64,000 nt of DNA. It comes from Octopus vulgaris (lineage: Eukaryota). The notes under the pieces were generated by a model, which saw nothing but the letters and a program-made list of their open reading frames with translations, had not been told where the DNA came from and made no database searches. The stretch covers positions 92,876,001 through 92,940,000 of the forward strand of contig OX597818.1 in assembly GCA_951406725.2 (NCBI GenBank). The letters run 5' to 3'. Positions 1 through 13,475 of this stretch are shown here, piece by piece. Position numbers and translations under genes: made by a program. Each line of letters starts with the position of its first letter. The first letter of the stretch is position 1.

Positions 1-132
1 AGTTGCAGTCCTGGATAAAGCAGTCCAGTTTCCTCTTAACCAATGCTCAAATTTTCCTAGATCTTGCCTTGTCCGCATTATGTCCCTTTTAATGCGTCGT
101 TTCCACCATATTTCTTTTGCTCTACTATTTAT

Positions 133-250
<118 letters not shown>

Positions 251-470
251 AGGCGGCGTGCTGGCAGAATCGTTAGCACGCGGGGCGAAATGCTTTGCGG
301 TATTGCGTCTGTCGCTACATTCTGAGTTCAAATTCCGCCAAGGTCGATTTTTCCTTTCAGCCATTCAGGGTCGATTATATAAGTACCAGTTACGCACTGG
401 GGTCGATGTAATCGATTTATCCCTTCCCCCATAATTGAAGCCTTGTGCTTCCAGTAGAAAGAAATGTTAT
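251..470 (+). mobile_element. tRNA-derived SINE, family A
   Basis: A-box-like TGGCAGAATCGTT, B-box GAGTTCAAATTCC, body GTCGA..CCTTTCA..GGGTCGAT..AAGTACCAG; many similar copies across the window. Confidence 0.85.
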
Positions 471-480
471 TATTATTAGA

Positions 481-620
481 CAGGCGGCGAGCTGGCAGAA
501 TCGTTAGCACGCCGGGCGAAATGCTTCGAAATATTTCGTCTGTCGCTACGTTCTGAGTTCAAATTCCACCGAGGTCGACTTTGCCTTCATCTTTTTGGGG
601 TCGGTTAAATAAGTAACTAA
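481..620 (+). mobile_element. SINE family A, 3'-truncated
   Basis: Same head and body as 251-470. Confidence 0.8.
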
Positions 621-1950
621 TAGAAGCTATTTTGTGTTAAAGTTGTCGTATTTGGGTAATTTTAACCAATAAACGGCCACTACAATTACGTGTTTTCCGG
701 TGTATAAGCCACTATTTTTCACCTCGAAAATTTAGAGTGCGGCTTATAGAAAAGTGCGCTTAATATGTGTACTTTTTTTTTAAGTTTCGGGAGGAAAATA
801 ATTTGTGTATAGAGGAAAGGTCAGTTGGTGAACAACATGAAAGACTACGGCACATTCAAATAATAATAATCTATCTATATCAAGGATCACATTTTTCAGT
901 ATACTATTCTTTAATTTAAATGTGTGTGATTAAAGTGAAACATTTCTAACAGAGTCGAACGGCTGTATGGAGGCTGGGTCGAGTATTCTCTAGTACTTCT
1001 AGACAGAACACTCCATTTTGTTTCGACCTTATAACGAAACTTAAAGATTACCCGTATGTGTGTGCCTGGAAGAAAACAAAGAATATTTGTTTTGTTTTAA
1101 CTTCATGTTTTGATAATGTTATTTTTAATCTAATAAAGACTTTTATATTGACGAAATGTGTTTGTTGTTGATTATAGTAAGATGAAATCATAACACTAAC
1201 AATACATTTCGTAGTTGTAAGAGAAGGCATTTTGAAGCAACATACACGTCAACAACAAAAATGCTAGCTGCGGACCCGTAGCTCTATATGTCTTTAAAAC
1301 ACCGGAGCGCTTTAAGTGTGGATAAAACACCGATGTCGGGCAAACGAATAAACATTTGTAAATAATATTTCTTCCGTCTTCATGTTGATTCTTCGATGTT
1401 TACTGGTTACTCCGACGCGAGAACCAAAAACAAAAAAAGCGCGTAATATGCGACACAGACAGTAAACAAAAAATAAAATAGAACAGAGTGGTGACATTTA
1501 GTAGAGATGACCCTGAAGTTGTTCCTCTTCGATTACTATCGCAAACAGCAGTAGCTTTCTTCAACCGAATACAGGTCGTTCATTGGTTAAAATTACCCAA
1601 ATACGACAACTTTATCACGAAATAACTTCTAAAATACCAAATTTTGTCAAAATTGTTCTAAGTAAACCGTGTTAGGGTTAGGCGGAGGGGGAGGGGGAGG
1701 GTTAGTTACAGGATGTTGTCTCAGTTTTAGACGCAGCAAATGATTTTAGTTCAATAGAGGTAATCGATTGGTTAAAATTGCCGAAATGATCGGATTTTCA
1801 GACGAAATATCTTACAAACTATAGAATTTTCTCAATTAAACCAAGAGAAAATGATGTTTTATAAACACATTCTACCAGTATACGAAGTTTAAAACTTTTT
1901 AGTTACCTAGAAATTATGTTACAAACTGCCGATCAAAAAGGAAAAGATCC
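621..1950. mobile_element. Scrambled palindromic MITE remnants (GGATC-terminal family)
   Basis: 58-bp inverted repeat 621-678/1574-1631; 1670-1950 matches the arm of the 39824-40322 element, includes TTAGGG and ends AAAAGATCC. Confidence 0.6.
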
Positions 1951-2087
1951 AACATGTGTGTGATTTAAATAAAACATTTCTAACAGAGTCGAACGGCTGT
2001 ATGGAGGCTTGTTCGAGTATTCTCTAGTACTTCTAGACTGAACACTCCATTTTGTTTCGACCTTATAACGAAACTTAAAGATTACCC

Positions 2088-2098
<11 letters not shown>
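920..2098 (+). repeat. ~145-bp direct repeat (920-1064 and 1954-2098)
   Basis: Near-identical ATGTGTGTGAT..CATTTCTAACAGAGTCGAACGGCTG..AAAGATTACCC copies. Confidence 0.9.
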
Positions 2099-2151
<53 letters not shown>

Positions 2152-2485
2152 ATGTACTTAAAATAGCTGCATTTGGTTAGTTGCGATACTGAAAATAAAA
2201 AGTCTCGGGATCTTTACCCAAAGTTCTGTCAAATCTACAAGTAGCACCATCAGTCGGACTACTTGTTCAAACAATAAACAATGGCAGACGAAAGTCTGTA
2301 GCGGATAGGAAAGCAGTAAAAACTTCGGTTAGTAACTGAATATTGCGTTCTTGCTTCACACAAAGAGTGACCTACTACACGGCGATGCCGCCAGACAAAT
2401 AGATAATTCATGATGGGAAGGGGATAAATGCTGGTTTAGCTAATTTTGGGGTATGTTGCCATTTAGCATATATAATGAAAAAACT

Positions 2486-2581
<96 letters not shown>

Positions 2582-3721
2582 TTATCTATCTCTCATTCTC
2601 GAGATATATTTATGTTGATATGCGTGTGTGTATATGTATCATATGTATGTATGCATATATTATGTATGTATGTATGTATGTATGTATGTATGTATGTATG
2701 TATGTATGCATGTATACACACACACACACACACACACACACAGACGCATGTACGCGCACACGTACATACACACACACAAGCACACTCATTCACCAAGATT
2801 CACACTTTTTACAAGGATACCAAAAAGCGAGAGTTCCTTTCATTTTCGTCTTATACCACAAATGTAAAGAATATATTTTCGAGGCACTACAGCAAATATG
2901 CATTTCTACAAAATGAGGTTAATGTTTTGCAGTAGTCCGAGAAATTTTCGAGGAAAATACTGTGGACGGGCAACATTTTTATGTAAATAAGTAGGCAAAC
3001 GTGATATATGAGCCACACATTTTCCCCCCAAATTATTTTTCGGTACCTAAAGTTTTTAACCACAAAAATTACATAAAAAGATATAGATTTTCAAGATTCG
3101 AATCCCCCATTCCAAGTTTTTTTTTTAACTCCTTTTTGATCTTTTCCTTTTACATCCACGTTTAATAATATGGCGACTGCAATATTCTGGAAAAAAATTA
3201 CATTTTTTATACCTCCTCTTTTCGGCATTCTGGATACCTACACTCATTCGACAGCAGTCTTCAGTCAGATTTTAACTTGTCTGTCCATTTGCACATGCAT
3301 AGATGTGTCCTGAACAATAACTATCAGATGACACAAAGAAATGAGGCCTCCTTATAACATGCGACAAACTTCAACTAAATCTCCTTCAAATCATCACATC
3401 TAATGTCTTATAAAATAAAATAAAACATATATTCTAACATATATCAATATACAGCAATTACAAATCTGAAAAATTATTTTTTCCAAAATTTCAATTTTTT
3501 TTGAAATTCAACCCTTACTTCGGTTTTCGGAGTACCGACACTTGCCGGCATCAAAATCCATATACAGTGAAGAAGACTACAGCAACTTTACCAGAGGCTT
3601 GTCGTAGTAGAATTTGTTCAAAGACGAGAGAACGTAAACATCTCAAGACAGAAATAAAAGACGTGATCTGACCTCATTTATCTTACTGTTGATTTGGTGT
3701 TCCCATTGACATACGATAGAG

Positions 3722-5007
3722 CAGGGGTGGGCAAACTACGGCCCGCCATAGGTTTTCATGCGGCCCGCCGAGAGCTTTTATGAATCCCAACTTCTATGCA
3801 GATACTTCGTAACTGTTTCAGTTGTACGGTAATTCACAATAGTTTGCATTTTATTTCAGTTAACTGTTTCGCACCTTCACAAAATTGTCCGCTGTTTGTT
3901 TGTTTCAGCTACTGTGAAGCGATGAAAAATTTCAAGAAATATTCCCATGACATCATAATAAAACACATTTCCGGGTGAAGATATCTTTTCTGTGTTTTCT
4001 CGTCAGACCCTACAAACGCAAAAATTAATAGAACAATGAAACAAGTATTGTGGCAATACAACGAGTCAATCGATATGCTTGAAACATTCAAATAAATAAA
4101 TCACGTGATAGATGGTGAAGAGGGCATGATGGACGATGCGTTTCGTTCCAATGAAGAAGCCGGCCAGGTTAATAAAAGGGCTTGAACCAGCTTTTTCTGG
4201 ACACAGAGCTGTGGTTGGTTATCATTCACTCTATCGATTATTTGAATTTAGTACACACACGAGTGTTTCAAACTAGCTTTTGTTGTCTGATAAAATTTAC
4301 CCAAAATGAGTTGTTCGAAGCTATCTAAAAAGCAAAAAATTGAAGAGGAATGTCGTGTTTTTAATGAAAATTGGACTGAAAAGTATTTCTTTACCGACGT
4401 TGGAGTGAAAGCTGCATGTTTGATTTGTTCTGAAACAGTTGCTGTGTTCAAGGAATATAATTTGAAACGCCACTTTCAAACGAAGCACGCCAATTTTGGA
4501 CACAATTTATCAAAAGAAGAACTGCAAAAGAAAGCAAATGATCTGACAAAACGTTTGAAGCAACAGCAAAATGTGTTTGATAAAACTTCCTCTTTACAAA
4601 GGAACGCGACAAAGGCAAGTTTTATATTGGCCAACAAAATTGCAAAGCAAAACAAGTCATTCGCAGAAGCAGAATTTATCAAAGATTGTATGGTTGATGC
4701 TGTCAGCGTTGTGTGTCCTGAAGTTAAGTCAAAAGTAGAAGCCATTTCCCTGTCACGAAGAACTATTGTTCGTCGCATTGATGCAATTGCCGTGAATATT
4801 CATGAACAGCTGTTAACAGCCAGTGGTCGATTTCAGTGGTTTTCTATTGCTTTAGATGAGAGTACTGATATTCAGGATACTGCTAAGTTACTCATTTACA
4901 TCAGAGGAATTGACGAAAACTTTGAAATTACAGAGGAATTGTTATCTATGGAGTCTCTCAAAGACACTACTACTGGAAAAGCTGTTTTTTGTAACTGCAT
5001 GAACTAA
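3722..5007 (+). mobile_element. hAT (Charlie/SPIN-type) DNA transposon, 3'-truncated
   Basis: Left TIR CAGGGGTGGGCAAACTACGGCCCGC at 3722; transposase ORF 4306-5007; no right TIR seen. Confidence 0.85.
4306..5007 (+). pseudogene. Truncated hAT transposase (GTF2IRD2/SPIN-like)
   Basis: zf-BED-like CLICSE..KEYNLKRHFQTKH, LSRRTIVRRI, FSIALDESTD (first catalytic D); ends at 233 aa before the rest of the DDE domain. Confidence 0.88.
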
Positions 5008-6502
5008 TGATGATAAGCAGTAGAACAAGTCATGAGTTAGTGTGCGTGACAGTGAATATAGACGGTAAATGGGATAACGGTACGCAGTTCCGCCTGAACA
5101 CCAGTGATTTTTCCGCTGATGAAAGAAGCCCCGTTATGACAATCAAACAATACTCATAACTGAATATCAACATTCATTGAATTCAGTACCGACAATATGC
5201 ATTTCAGAAGCGATTCAGCATCAGTTTTAGAAGAGACTCTTTTTGAACTATTTCTTCTTCATTATTGATATCATAGAATTAGGTCCTTTTCATTATCTAT
5301 TCCCAGACAGGAGGATCGTATGTCGATATCAGGTCAATTACTTCTAACACATTGCCGTTTCCTTGCCCACCACCTTCAAGACTCTTTGGAAAACTTGTCG
5401 TGCCGTTAATTGTAGAAGTGAGTCTAAAGCAAATATGCAGAGTTTAGTTTCACAGGCTTGCATCGCTAACCATGAAGAGCATAGACGTACTTCTTTCTCA
5501 AGTCATTGGTAGGCCCTCCGTACAGAAGCAGCTATCATATGGAAGTGGAACGCCTGGTGGACTATCAAAGCACTCTTTTCGCCTATAGCACGTTTCCGAT
5601 CGAAAAGGCTTATCTGTTTTTGATCCGTCCGGAAAATCTCGACAGTAAAAAAAAAAATATTTGCATTTTCTATGTTGTACTCTACCCTTGGTTGTCATTT
5701 ATAAAACTTTGAATCAAAACTCCGATAACATTAGTCGTTGCTAATGCTTGCGAGAGGAGAAGTTAGAATCGGATGAACGGCAATTGTCTAAGAAATATCA
5801 ACTTCTGCAATGGAGAGCACTTATTCAAGACAGATTTTCTGATTCATGACCCAAGAAGTCTGGTTTGGCTTCTTGTCTTTCGATGTCTGTCACAGCATGA
5901 TCACCGTTGTCACTACATAAAAATTCTAAAGGTGTTCAACCACAAATTCTGGCAAAGCTTCAAAAACACTTAGATTTCAGTAGTTTTCAGCTTCTATAAT
6001 CGCAGAAAGCTTCTCGCTTATATTACACACTGAGTCTGCAACAAAGAGTTAACAAGTTGATTAAAAAATAAACTTCAAGAATGTCTGTCAACACATTCAT
6101 TTTCCATCATAAGAATGCTTAGTTTAATTCAGCGTAGAAAAAAAGCAACAATATTTTCATTATCTGTGACAGAGGCTTCTGAGGGATGGTAACCAGAATC
6201 AAAGAGACGGGCTTTGGGCGCATGTATATTGAAATGGACAAAATTGCGTATATAGCAAAAGACGAGACGAAAAGAGAAGTAAATAATAATGGTACGCCTA
6301 GAAGTAAGACCAAAAGTTTTCGAGGTAGGGAACGCTCACGAAAATGTTCAAATAACCCTCAAAGCAAAAAGATTATAATAGAACAAGTTCATTAAGTTAA
6401 TTAATATTGTAATCAAACTAAAACTATGAAGCTTGTACAGCAATATCAAAAAAAGTTTTCAGAAGTTTTTGATCGCGAAATTACAATATTTGAAGATATT
6501 TT

Positions 6503-6847
6503 TTGATATTTAGGGATCATTGTCACTTTAAGAAAGAAGTTCAAACAGGAGCTCAAAACAAGAGTCACCTTCGAGCCATATTACCAAGATTTGAGCAAAG
6601 TTTCGAAAAAGAATGCCAAAACTGGACGGACGAAATGAAAACGTATCTAATTCTGAAGAAAGTGGCGACGATAGAGCATGAGAAATACTGTAACATTATA
6701 TTGCCTAAAAAAGTTACTGACATAAATTTCACGGATACAATTGATATTTTATGTAGGATGTTTAAGGAAAAAACATCGTTGTTCAACAAACCTTGGAAGT
6801 GTTTGAACACTGAGAAAAGCGATGACGAAGCCTTTACCACATATTAG
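6503..6847 (+). pseudogene. Gypsy (Mag-like) gag relic
   Basis: EHEKYCNIILPK..FTDTIDIL..F..KTSLFN..WKCLN..K..DE.FTTY resembles Mag-clade gag; no pol or LTR seen. Confidence 0.6.
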
Positions 6848-6974
6848 GCAAATCAAACAGTGGTTTTATCTCCAATTTAATATAATATATATATATATAT
6901 TTATGCTATAAAATTAGATTTAATCCTAAATCTAATTTTTCCCTGTAAGTTTGGATTTACTCCCTAATATTATT

Positions 6975-7166
6975 ATGTTTGTCCTGTACTCTGTTTTTTC
7001 GTTGTTAAAAAAATTCCGTTTCCTTGTTTGACTTTATGTTTTCGTCTCTCGTTGTGTTCTACGTTTATTTGTGGTGTCCTGTACTCATATATATATATAT
7101 GCATGTATATATACATGTAGATGTAAGTATGCACATATATGTATGTATATATGCATATATTTTATT

Positions 7167-7170
<4 letters not shown>
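6975..7170 (+). mobile_element. Fragment of a TA-embedded repeat (putative Penelope pseudo-LTR tail)
   Basis: Similar to the reverse complement of 31420-31630 and to 20850-20960 (GTCCTGTAC..ATATGCATGTATATATACATGTAGATGTA). Confidence 0.5.
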
Positions 7171-7212
<42 letters not shown>

Positions 7213-7224
7213 TCACTATTTTAC

Positions 7225-7289
<65 letters not shown>

Positions 7290-7351
7290 TATGTATTCAC
7301 TATTTTACATCAAGCCACCAATAACTAGTGTACATATACATATACACGCAT

Positions 7352-7385
<34 letters not shown>

Positions 7386-7429
7386 TACACAACACTACCC
7401 CACTGAATATGGCCAATAATTTTCAAAAA

Positions 7430-8286
7430 CGCCGCTGGGTTGAAAATGAAATTACTGCAATGATTAACGCTTGGTTCATCCATCACAACGCAGAGGTGAA
7501 CATAAAAGATTTCACCATTGTTCGTGCGGATCGCACAGACCGACATAAGGGAGGGACAGCCATCTTTATCCATGACTCTTTTTCACTTGATGCCAAGGAC
7601 ATATTTTCCAATGGCTACTGTGAATCGGTATCACTATACAACAAAGCCAAGGACATAACCATTGTTGGTCTTTACAGGCCTCCCCAGGCACCTCTAAAGT
7701 ACTTTGAAGAGTGCCTTAGCAAAGTCAAGTCCTTCCTTCGGAAGTACCACTCCGGAAACATACTAGTGATGGGTGATTTTAACCTCCCTCATGTGAACTG
7801 GCCCACAAATACTCTGAAGTTAGGCAAGTGCTCTACATCAGATAGAGCAGCAGCAGAACTGCTCTTTAATCTGATGGATGAGTATTTCCTGACTCAGCTA
7901 GTGCTTGAACCAACGAGACAGAATAAAACGATCTTGGATCTGGTATTGACCAATCACTCTAGCTACGTTCACAGTATTTCAGTCGAAAAAACTCTCCTCT
8001 CAGACCACGACATGGTACTCTGCAATCTTAATTCCCGACATATAAAAACCAAACCAGCCAATCCCACTCCATGGCACCCATTTGACAACATAAACTTCCA
8101 CAAAGCGGACTGGGGAACAATCAGAAAGGATCTGTCTTCCATCGACTGGTCTTTTACTCTCAATTCCTCTCATATTGAGACCGCGTGGCAGCACTTTGAA
8201 AACATTGTCACCTATACATGCTCTAAACACGCTCCCAAGAAATCTACTAACACAAACAGCAACCGGCTCCCTAAAAAGAAAAAAAA
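7430..8286 (+). CDS. LINE apurinic-like endonuclease domain, N-terminally truncated
   Basis: RADR..GGTAIFI, YRPP, GDFNLP, PTR..ILDLVLT, SDH motifs in ORF 7328-8428. Confidence 0.85.
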
Positions 8287-10301
8287 CACTCATCAGGCGC
8301 ATCAAAAGACTCAACAAAAAAATCAACCAATTAAAATATTCCCACACACAACATCCATATTCAACAACAATGAAAAGACTAGAGCTGGAAAAACTTCATC
8401 TGCAGACCAACATGAAAACCTCCATTGAAAATCAAAGAGCTGTGGAGGAACAATGGGTAATCAAAAACATCAAACAGAACCCAAAAGTGTTCTATTCTTA
8501 TGCAAATAAGCATAGAACCACTGTCTCACCCATTGGGCCATTGATTGATGATAACGGCATTCCCCAACACGATGCTAAAGAAATGGCAGAAATACTGCAG
8601 AAACAATACTGCTCTGTCTTTAGTGTTCCCACTGATATTGACGTAAGGGAAACGAACGAAGTTGACTCCCAACACAAAATCTCAGACATAACCTTCACTG
8701 CCACTGACATCGTAGCAGCAATAAATGAGGTCAAACATTACTCTGCTGTAGGCCCTGATAGATTTCCCGCTAGTCTCCTGAAGGAATGTAGATGCCAACT
8801 TGCAGTCCCTCTGACCAACCTCTGGAGAAATTCGTTAGACGCAGGTTATATACCGAAACAGTTTCTATCCCAGTCGGTCATCCCGGTTTTCAAACAGGGA
8901 AACAGATCCCTCGCAGTCAACTATCGCCCAATCTCACTCACCTCCCACATCATTAAAGTGTTTGAAAGAGTGTTAAGATCAAGGATAGCTGACTTCCTGG
9001 AGACTCACAAACTCCTAAATGCAAATCAGCATGGCTTTCGCTGTGGCAGGGACTGTCTAACACAGCTCTTACACCACATTGAAGATGTACTCAAAGCCTT
9101 GGGAACAGGTTCGAACTCTGACGTCATATATCTTGACTTCAGTAAAGCGTTCGACAGGGTAGACCATAATATCCTACTCTCAAAATTGGCAAATGTTGGA
9201 ATCCGTGGAAAAGTTCTACACTGTATTAAGTATTTCCTGGCGAATAGAACACAACATGCTGTAGTTGATGGTGTCCAATCAAACCCAGCAAAAGTCACCA
9301 GCGGTGTTCCCCAGGGAACTGTTTTGGGTTCGCTACTCTTCATAATTTACATAAACGACCTTTCCAGTGTCGTACATTACTGCAAAGTGAAAATATTTGC
9401 TGATGACACTAAGCTCCAGCAAATCGTCAATGAAGAAGCAGACCGAACTCAACTCCAGTCTGATCTATATGCTGTGAGTCAATGGGCAGACAGAAACAAA
9501 ATGCAACTGAATGAGGGAAAATTTGAGCTGATGCATTTTGGAAGAAATTCCTCACTAAAACAACCATACTCTCTTCCTTCAGGGGAACCGCTCACAGCCT
9601 CTAACAATATCAGAGACCTGGGTGTAATTGTTGATGACGATCACAGTTGGAGTGCACACATCAACAAGAAGGTCGATATAGCTCGTAGGATGAGTTCCTG
9701 GATCTTAAGAACTTTCCGGTCCAGAGAACAAGATGTCATCATACCACTTTTTTCCTCCTTTGTACGGCCACACCTTGAATACTGCTGCCCACTGTGGTCT
9801 CCTCACACAAGACAAACCATCTCCAGAATTGAGTCACCCCAGAAGGCACTCACTAAACGAATTGAAGGCATGGCTGCTCTCGATTATTGGGATCGCCTTA
9901 AAGCCTTGAAACCTTACTCCCTCCAGCGTCGCCGTGAGCGGTACATCATTTGTACGATGTGGAAAATATACCGCCAACTTTGCCCAAACGACCTAAACAT
10001 TAGCTTCAAGGTTCATCCAAGACTTGGACCACGGGCTATACGTCCCCTGCCCAATTCAAGATCACAACATACATGTACACTGCAACATAATTTCTTTTCC
10101 TCAACAGGCCCTGCCCTATTTAACATTGTCCCGAGGGAGATCAAAGAGGAAAAGGATCCCATCAACTTTAAACAGAGTCTGGATAGATTCCTTCAAAGAA
10201 TACCAGATAAGCCACCCATAATTGGATACAACTCACCCAACAAGAACTCACTACTTGAACAAAACTGGATACAACTCACCCAACAAGAACTCACTACTTG
10301 A
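8175..10301 (+). CDS. LINE reverse transcriptase (ORF2 C-terminal part)
   Basis: GPD, NYRPISLTS, QHGFR, YLDFSKAFDRV, SGVPQGTVLG, FADDTK, RDLGV; joins the endonuclease frame if one A is removed at 8279-8286. Confidence 0.93.
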   Translation: MRPRGSTLKTLSPIHALNTLPRNLLTQTATGSLKRKKTLIRRIKRLNKKINQLKYSHTQHPYSTTMKRLELEKLHLQTNMKTSIENQRAVEEQWVIKNIKQNPKVFYSYANKHRTTVSPIGPLIDDNGIPQHDAKEMAEILQKQYCSVFSVPTDIDVRETNEVDSQHKISDITFTATDIVAAINEVKHYSAVGPDRFPASLLKECRCQLAVPLTNLWRNSLDAGYIPKQFLSQSVIPVFKQGNRSLAVNYRPISLTSHIIKVFERVLRSRIADFLETHKLLNANQHGFRCGRDCLTQLLHHIEDVLKALGTGSNSDVIYLDFSKAFDRVDHNILLSKLANVGIRGKVLHCIKYFLANRTQHAVVDGVQSNPAKVTSGVPQGTVLGSLLFIIYINDLSSVVHYCKVKIFADDTKLQQIVNEEADRTQLQSDLYAVSQWADRNKMQLNEGKFELMHFGRNSSLKQPYSLPSGEPLTASNNIRDLGVIVDDDHSWSAHINKKVDIARRMSSWILRTFRSREQDVIIPLFSSFVRPHLEYCCPLWSPHTRQTISRIESPQKALTKRIEGMAALDYWDRLKALKPYSLQRRRERYIICTMWKIYRQLCPNDLNISFKVHPRLGPRAIRPLPNSRSQHTCTLQHNFFSSTGPALFNIVPREIKEEKDPINFKQSLDRFLQRIPDKPPIIGYNSPNKNSLLEQNWIQLTQQELTT

Positions 10302-10407
10302 ACAAAACTTGACTTAAACAGGATTTGAATAATCCTATCAGGTGGTGCTATTAAGTTAGACATGGCCTGGACCAATCTTTGGTCGAAACATATCTAAGTT
10401 ATCTAAG

Positions 10408-10577
<170 letters not shown>

Positions 10578-11149
10578 AAAAGTCAAGGTAGAACATGCTA
10601 AAATAATTTTATAAAAAACATTTCAGTACCGGTTTCAGTCATTGAGACTTTTTCAACTGTAAGTTGTCAACTGTAAACATATGAAATATTGGCGGAATTC
10701 TGCTTTACACATGCCTCATTACTTTTTTTATTTTGGGGAATTTTCAGAAAATTTTTGCGTTTGGATCCTATTCATACGATTGTGCAAAAACCAAAATAAT
10801 TCGTGCGCGATTTAAGGTCTATTTAGCTGTTTTCAGCACATCTCATACCGTATGTGTTTTATGCGTTTGATAAGCAACAAAAAGAAGTAGCTTGGTAACA
10901 GCTTGGCTTTTTACGATGGAAACAGGCACCTATATGTCTGTGGCTTTCGATTACTTAATATTACCCCAAATTTGCAAACTTTAAAAGTTATTAACTCTTT
11001 ATTCATTGATTTATGACGAAAGTGAATTTCCTGTCAATGATTACTTTACAAAACTTCACCAATATGCCAAATAGTAAATCAATTATAACTAAAATTAAAG
11101 AAATCGAAATGTGGCAGCCAAGCAGAAAAGATCCATGGTGTGTTATTAT

Positions 11150-12900
11150 AGGATATATAGTTGCAGTTTGTATTTTTTAATGAACATGCTTTCCTTATTC
11201 AATAGGAATTGGGTTGAAATGATTCCGGTGCATTAACAGCGAAGGAAATCTGTTATTTCAGATTTATGCCTGCAGGGCATTATATTAAATGCTTGCTTAC
11301 GGGAATTCTTCTGGTTGTGGGGTCCCGGGTCTGTTGCCTGTGTACCATCAGTCTGTCCCTCTAGGACAAGCTCATTTGATTTATGCAGTCCCCACCACAC
11401 CCATCGCATTTGAGAACATAAATTAAGTTCTTCGATGTACAGGCGAAAGAATTTTTTATGGTGAATATTTGACTTGACTTCAATTTATATGTTGAACCTT
11501 CCAAAAGGTTGATGCAGGTCCCGCAGTTAGGGCAGTTGCATTTTTTGACAAGTGGGGTTGTATTTTTGGTTGGTAATTTGGCGCTAGTATTTTTGATGGA
11601 TAATTTGGCGCTTTGTAAGGATTTTGTTTTTAATAATTCAATGTGCTTCGAGAGCTTTCTATATTCGTAGGTCGTTCAGCAGGAAGTGTTTATTCTGATG
11701 GATGATGTTGTATGCTTCCATGTTCCTTGGATTGTGTGCTGATATGTAAGAAAAAGCTTTACGTGTGTCGGGGTATTTTCTTCTTTTTTGTTATTCTTGG
11801 ACGTCTTTCGGTTTTGTATCTTCTATTCCGTTTTTGATTAAACTAACGGGGTATTTTCTTTCAAGTAATATATTTTTAAATTACTGGAGTCGTTTATCCC
11901 GGGTTTCGGGATTTGATGCACTCGTGCAAATTCTTCATGCCAAGTTAAAAGGTATATTGCTTTTAGTATGCTTTGGGTGGCAGGAAGATACTAGTTGATA
12001 TTGTTTTGAGTTCGTTGGTTTAAGGCAGATGTCGGTTTCAATGTTAGAATCTCGCTTTATGATTCAAATGTCTTGAAAGGGTAGCTCTTTGTGGCTGTAT
12101 TTTATCGTAAATTGGATATTGTGATCAACATTGTTAGTTAAGTTCTTACATTCCAAAACTTGATCAAGGTTGTGTGACCATAGAATGAAACATTTGTCCA
12201 TGTAGCGTTTCCATTTGGCGAGTAAGTATTTTTGGAAGTTGTTACCAAACCTCAATCAGGTGTGTTCGTATATTTGGACTTCCCAGTATGCCATGACAAG
12301 GTTAGCAAAAGTAGTGGCTACTCTCGTTCCCATCGCAAACCCATATTTTTGTCTGTAAGTAATTTTGTTGAAGTCATAAAAGTTATTCTGAAGGATGAAT
12401 TTTCGTTTCTCAACGTTGAACCTTCTTCCAGTTCGGTCTGGTATGTCATTTGGTACTTTTTACAGCCATAATTGTATTGCTTTTATTCCGTATTCGTGGG
12501 GCATCGAGGTGTAAAGGTTTATTACATTGAATGAGACCAAAATAGAGTCTATGCTGGTTTTGCTTGGAAGGTGGTTTAAAAAGTCCAGATCATCTCTTAT
12601 GAAGATTGGTATATGCTGAAGGATAGGTTTTAGGAGGACGTCGGTGAAGTTACTGAGCTCGTGTGTCTCACAAGAGGGACCAGCTATAATTGGCCTCCTT
12701 TTGAGAACTCTCGGATGTGGAATATTAATGACTGAATAAGATAATATGTTACAGGCTTCATTTATGGCTTCACTTTTATGGAATTTTGGTGGTCCGTAAA
12801 ACTTGCTAGTTCTGCTTATTCAGTCATTAATATTCCACATCCTGGTGCTGTATGAACATTTAATGTGGTTTTAGAGACAAGTTTTGGCTGCTATATCTAG
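11150..12900 (-). mobile_element. Degenerate Penelope-like element (RT plus GIY-YIG region)
   Basis: WKRYMDKCFILW (decayed RYxDD), IQFTIKYSHKELPFQDI, downstream CGTC Cys cluster; many stops and frameshifts. Confidence 0.8.
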
Positions 12901-12958
12901 CTTGGTGGTATCTCTTAGATACCCTTAATTATAATTTTAATAATATATATATATATAT

Positions 12959-13025
<67 letters not shown>

Positions 13026-13054
13026 TGCATACACACATGCATACATACACATGA

Positions 13055-13475
13055 ATGTCCCGGTGAAAACCTCAATAAAATGTAAATATAATAGACCTGG
13101 CATAGTAAGTTGGGTAAAGAGAAACTGTGCACAGTTATGGAAATCATGGATGTTAGCATAAAGCTAAAGATCAGCGAAAAAGGAAATACCTACGCTGAAT
13201 TATTAAGGAATGCACTGCTACTCTACCCAGATTGCAAGTTCAGGTTTATACCTGTAATTATTGGGACACTGGGATATATAACACACTGCCTATATACCAG
13301 TCTTGAGAAATTTGGCTTCTCAAAACCAGAAAGGACAAAGCTGATTCGAAGACCACAGATCCAAGCCATCACTGGAACCGTAAAAATCTGTAAAACTTTC
13401 CAGAAGTTTATCCTTTAAGTATATATGAGCATGTCTAGATATGTAATTCTATACATGAAAATATATACATAAAAC
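13055..13475 (+). mobile_element. 3' fragment of an RLE-type non-LTR retrotransposon
   Basis: KYNRP.I, EKGNTYAEL, FIPVIIGTLG, QIQAITGTVKICK, typical of a restriction-like endonuclease C-terminus. Confidence 0.7.

Noticed and set aside
3568-3633. Possible internal exon VKKTTATLPEACRSRICSKTRE
   Set aside because: No polypyrimidine tract and a weak donor (GTAAAC)
4306-5007. Domesticated GTF2IRD2/ZBED host gene
   Set aside because: Retains a transposon TIR upstream and is truncated within the catalytic domain
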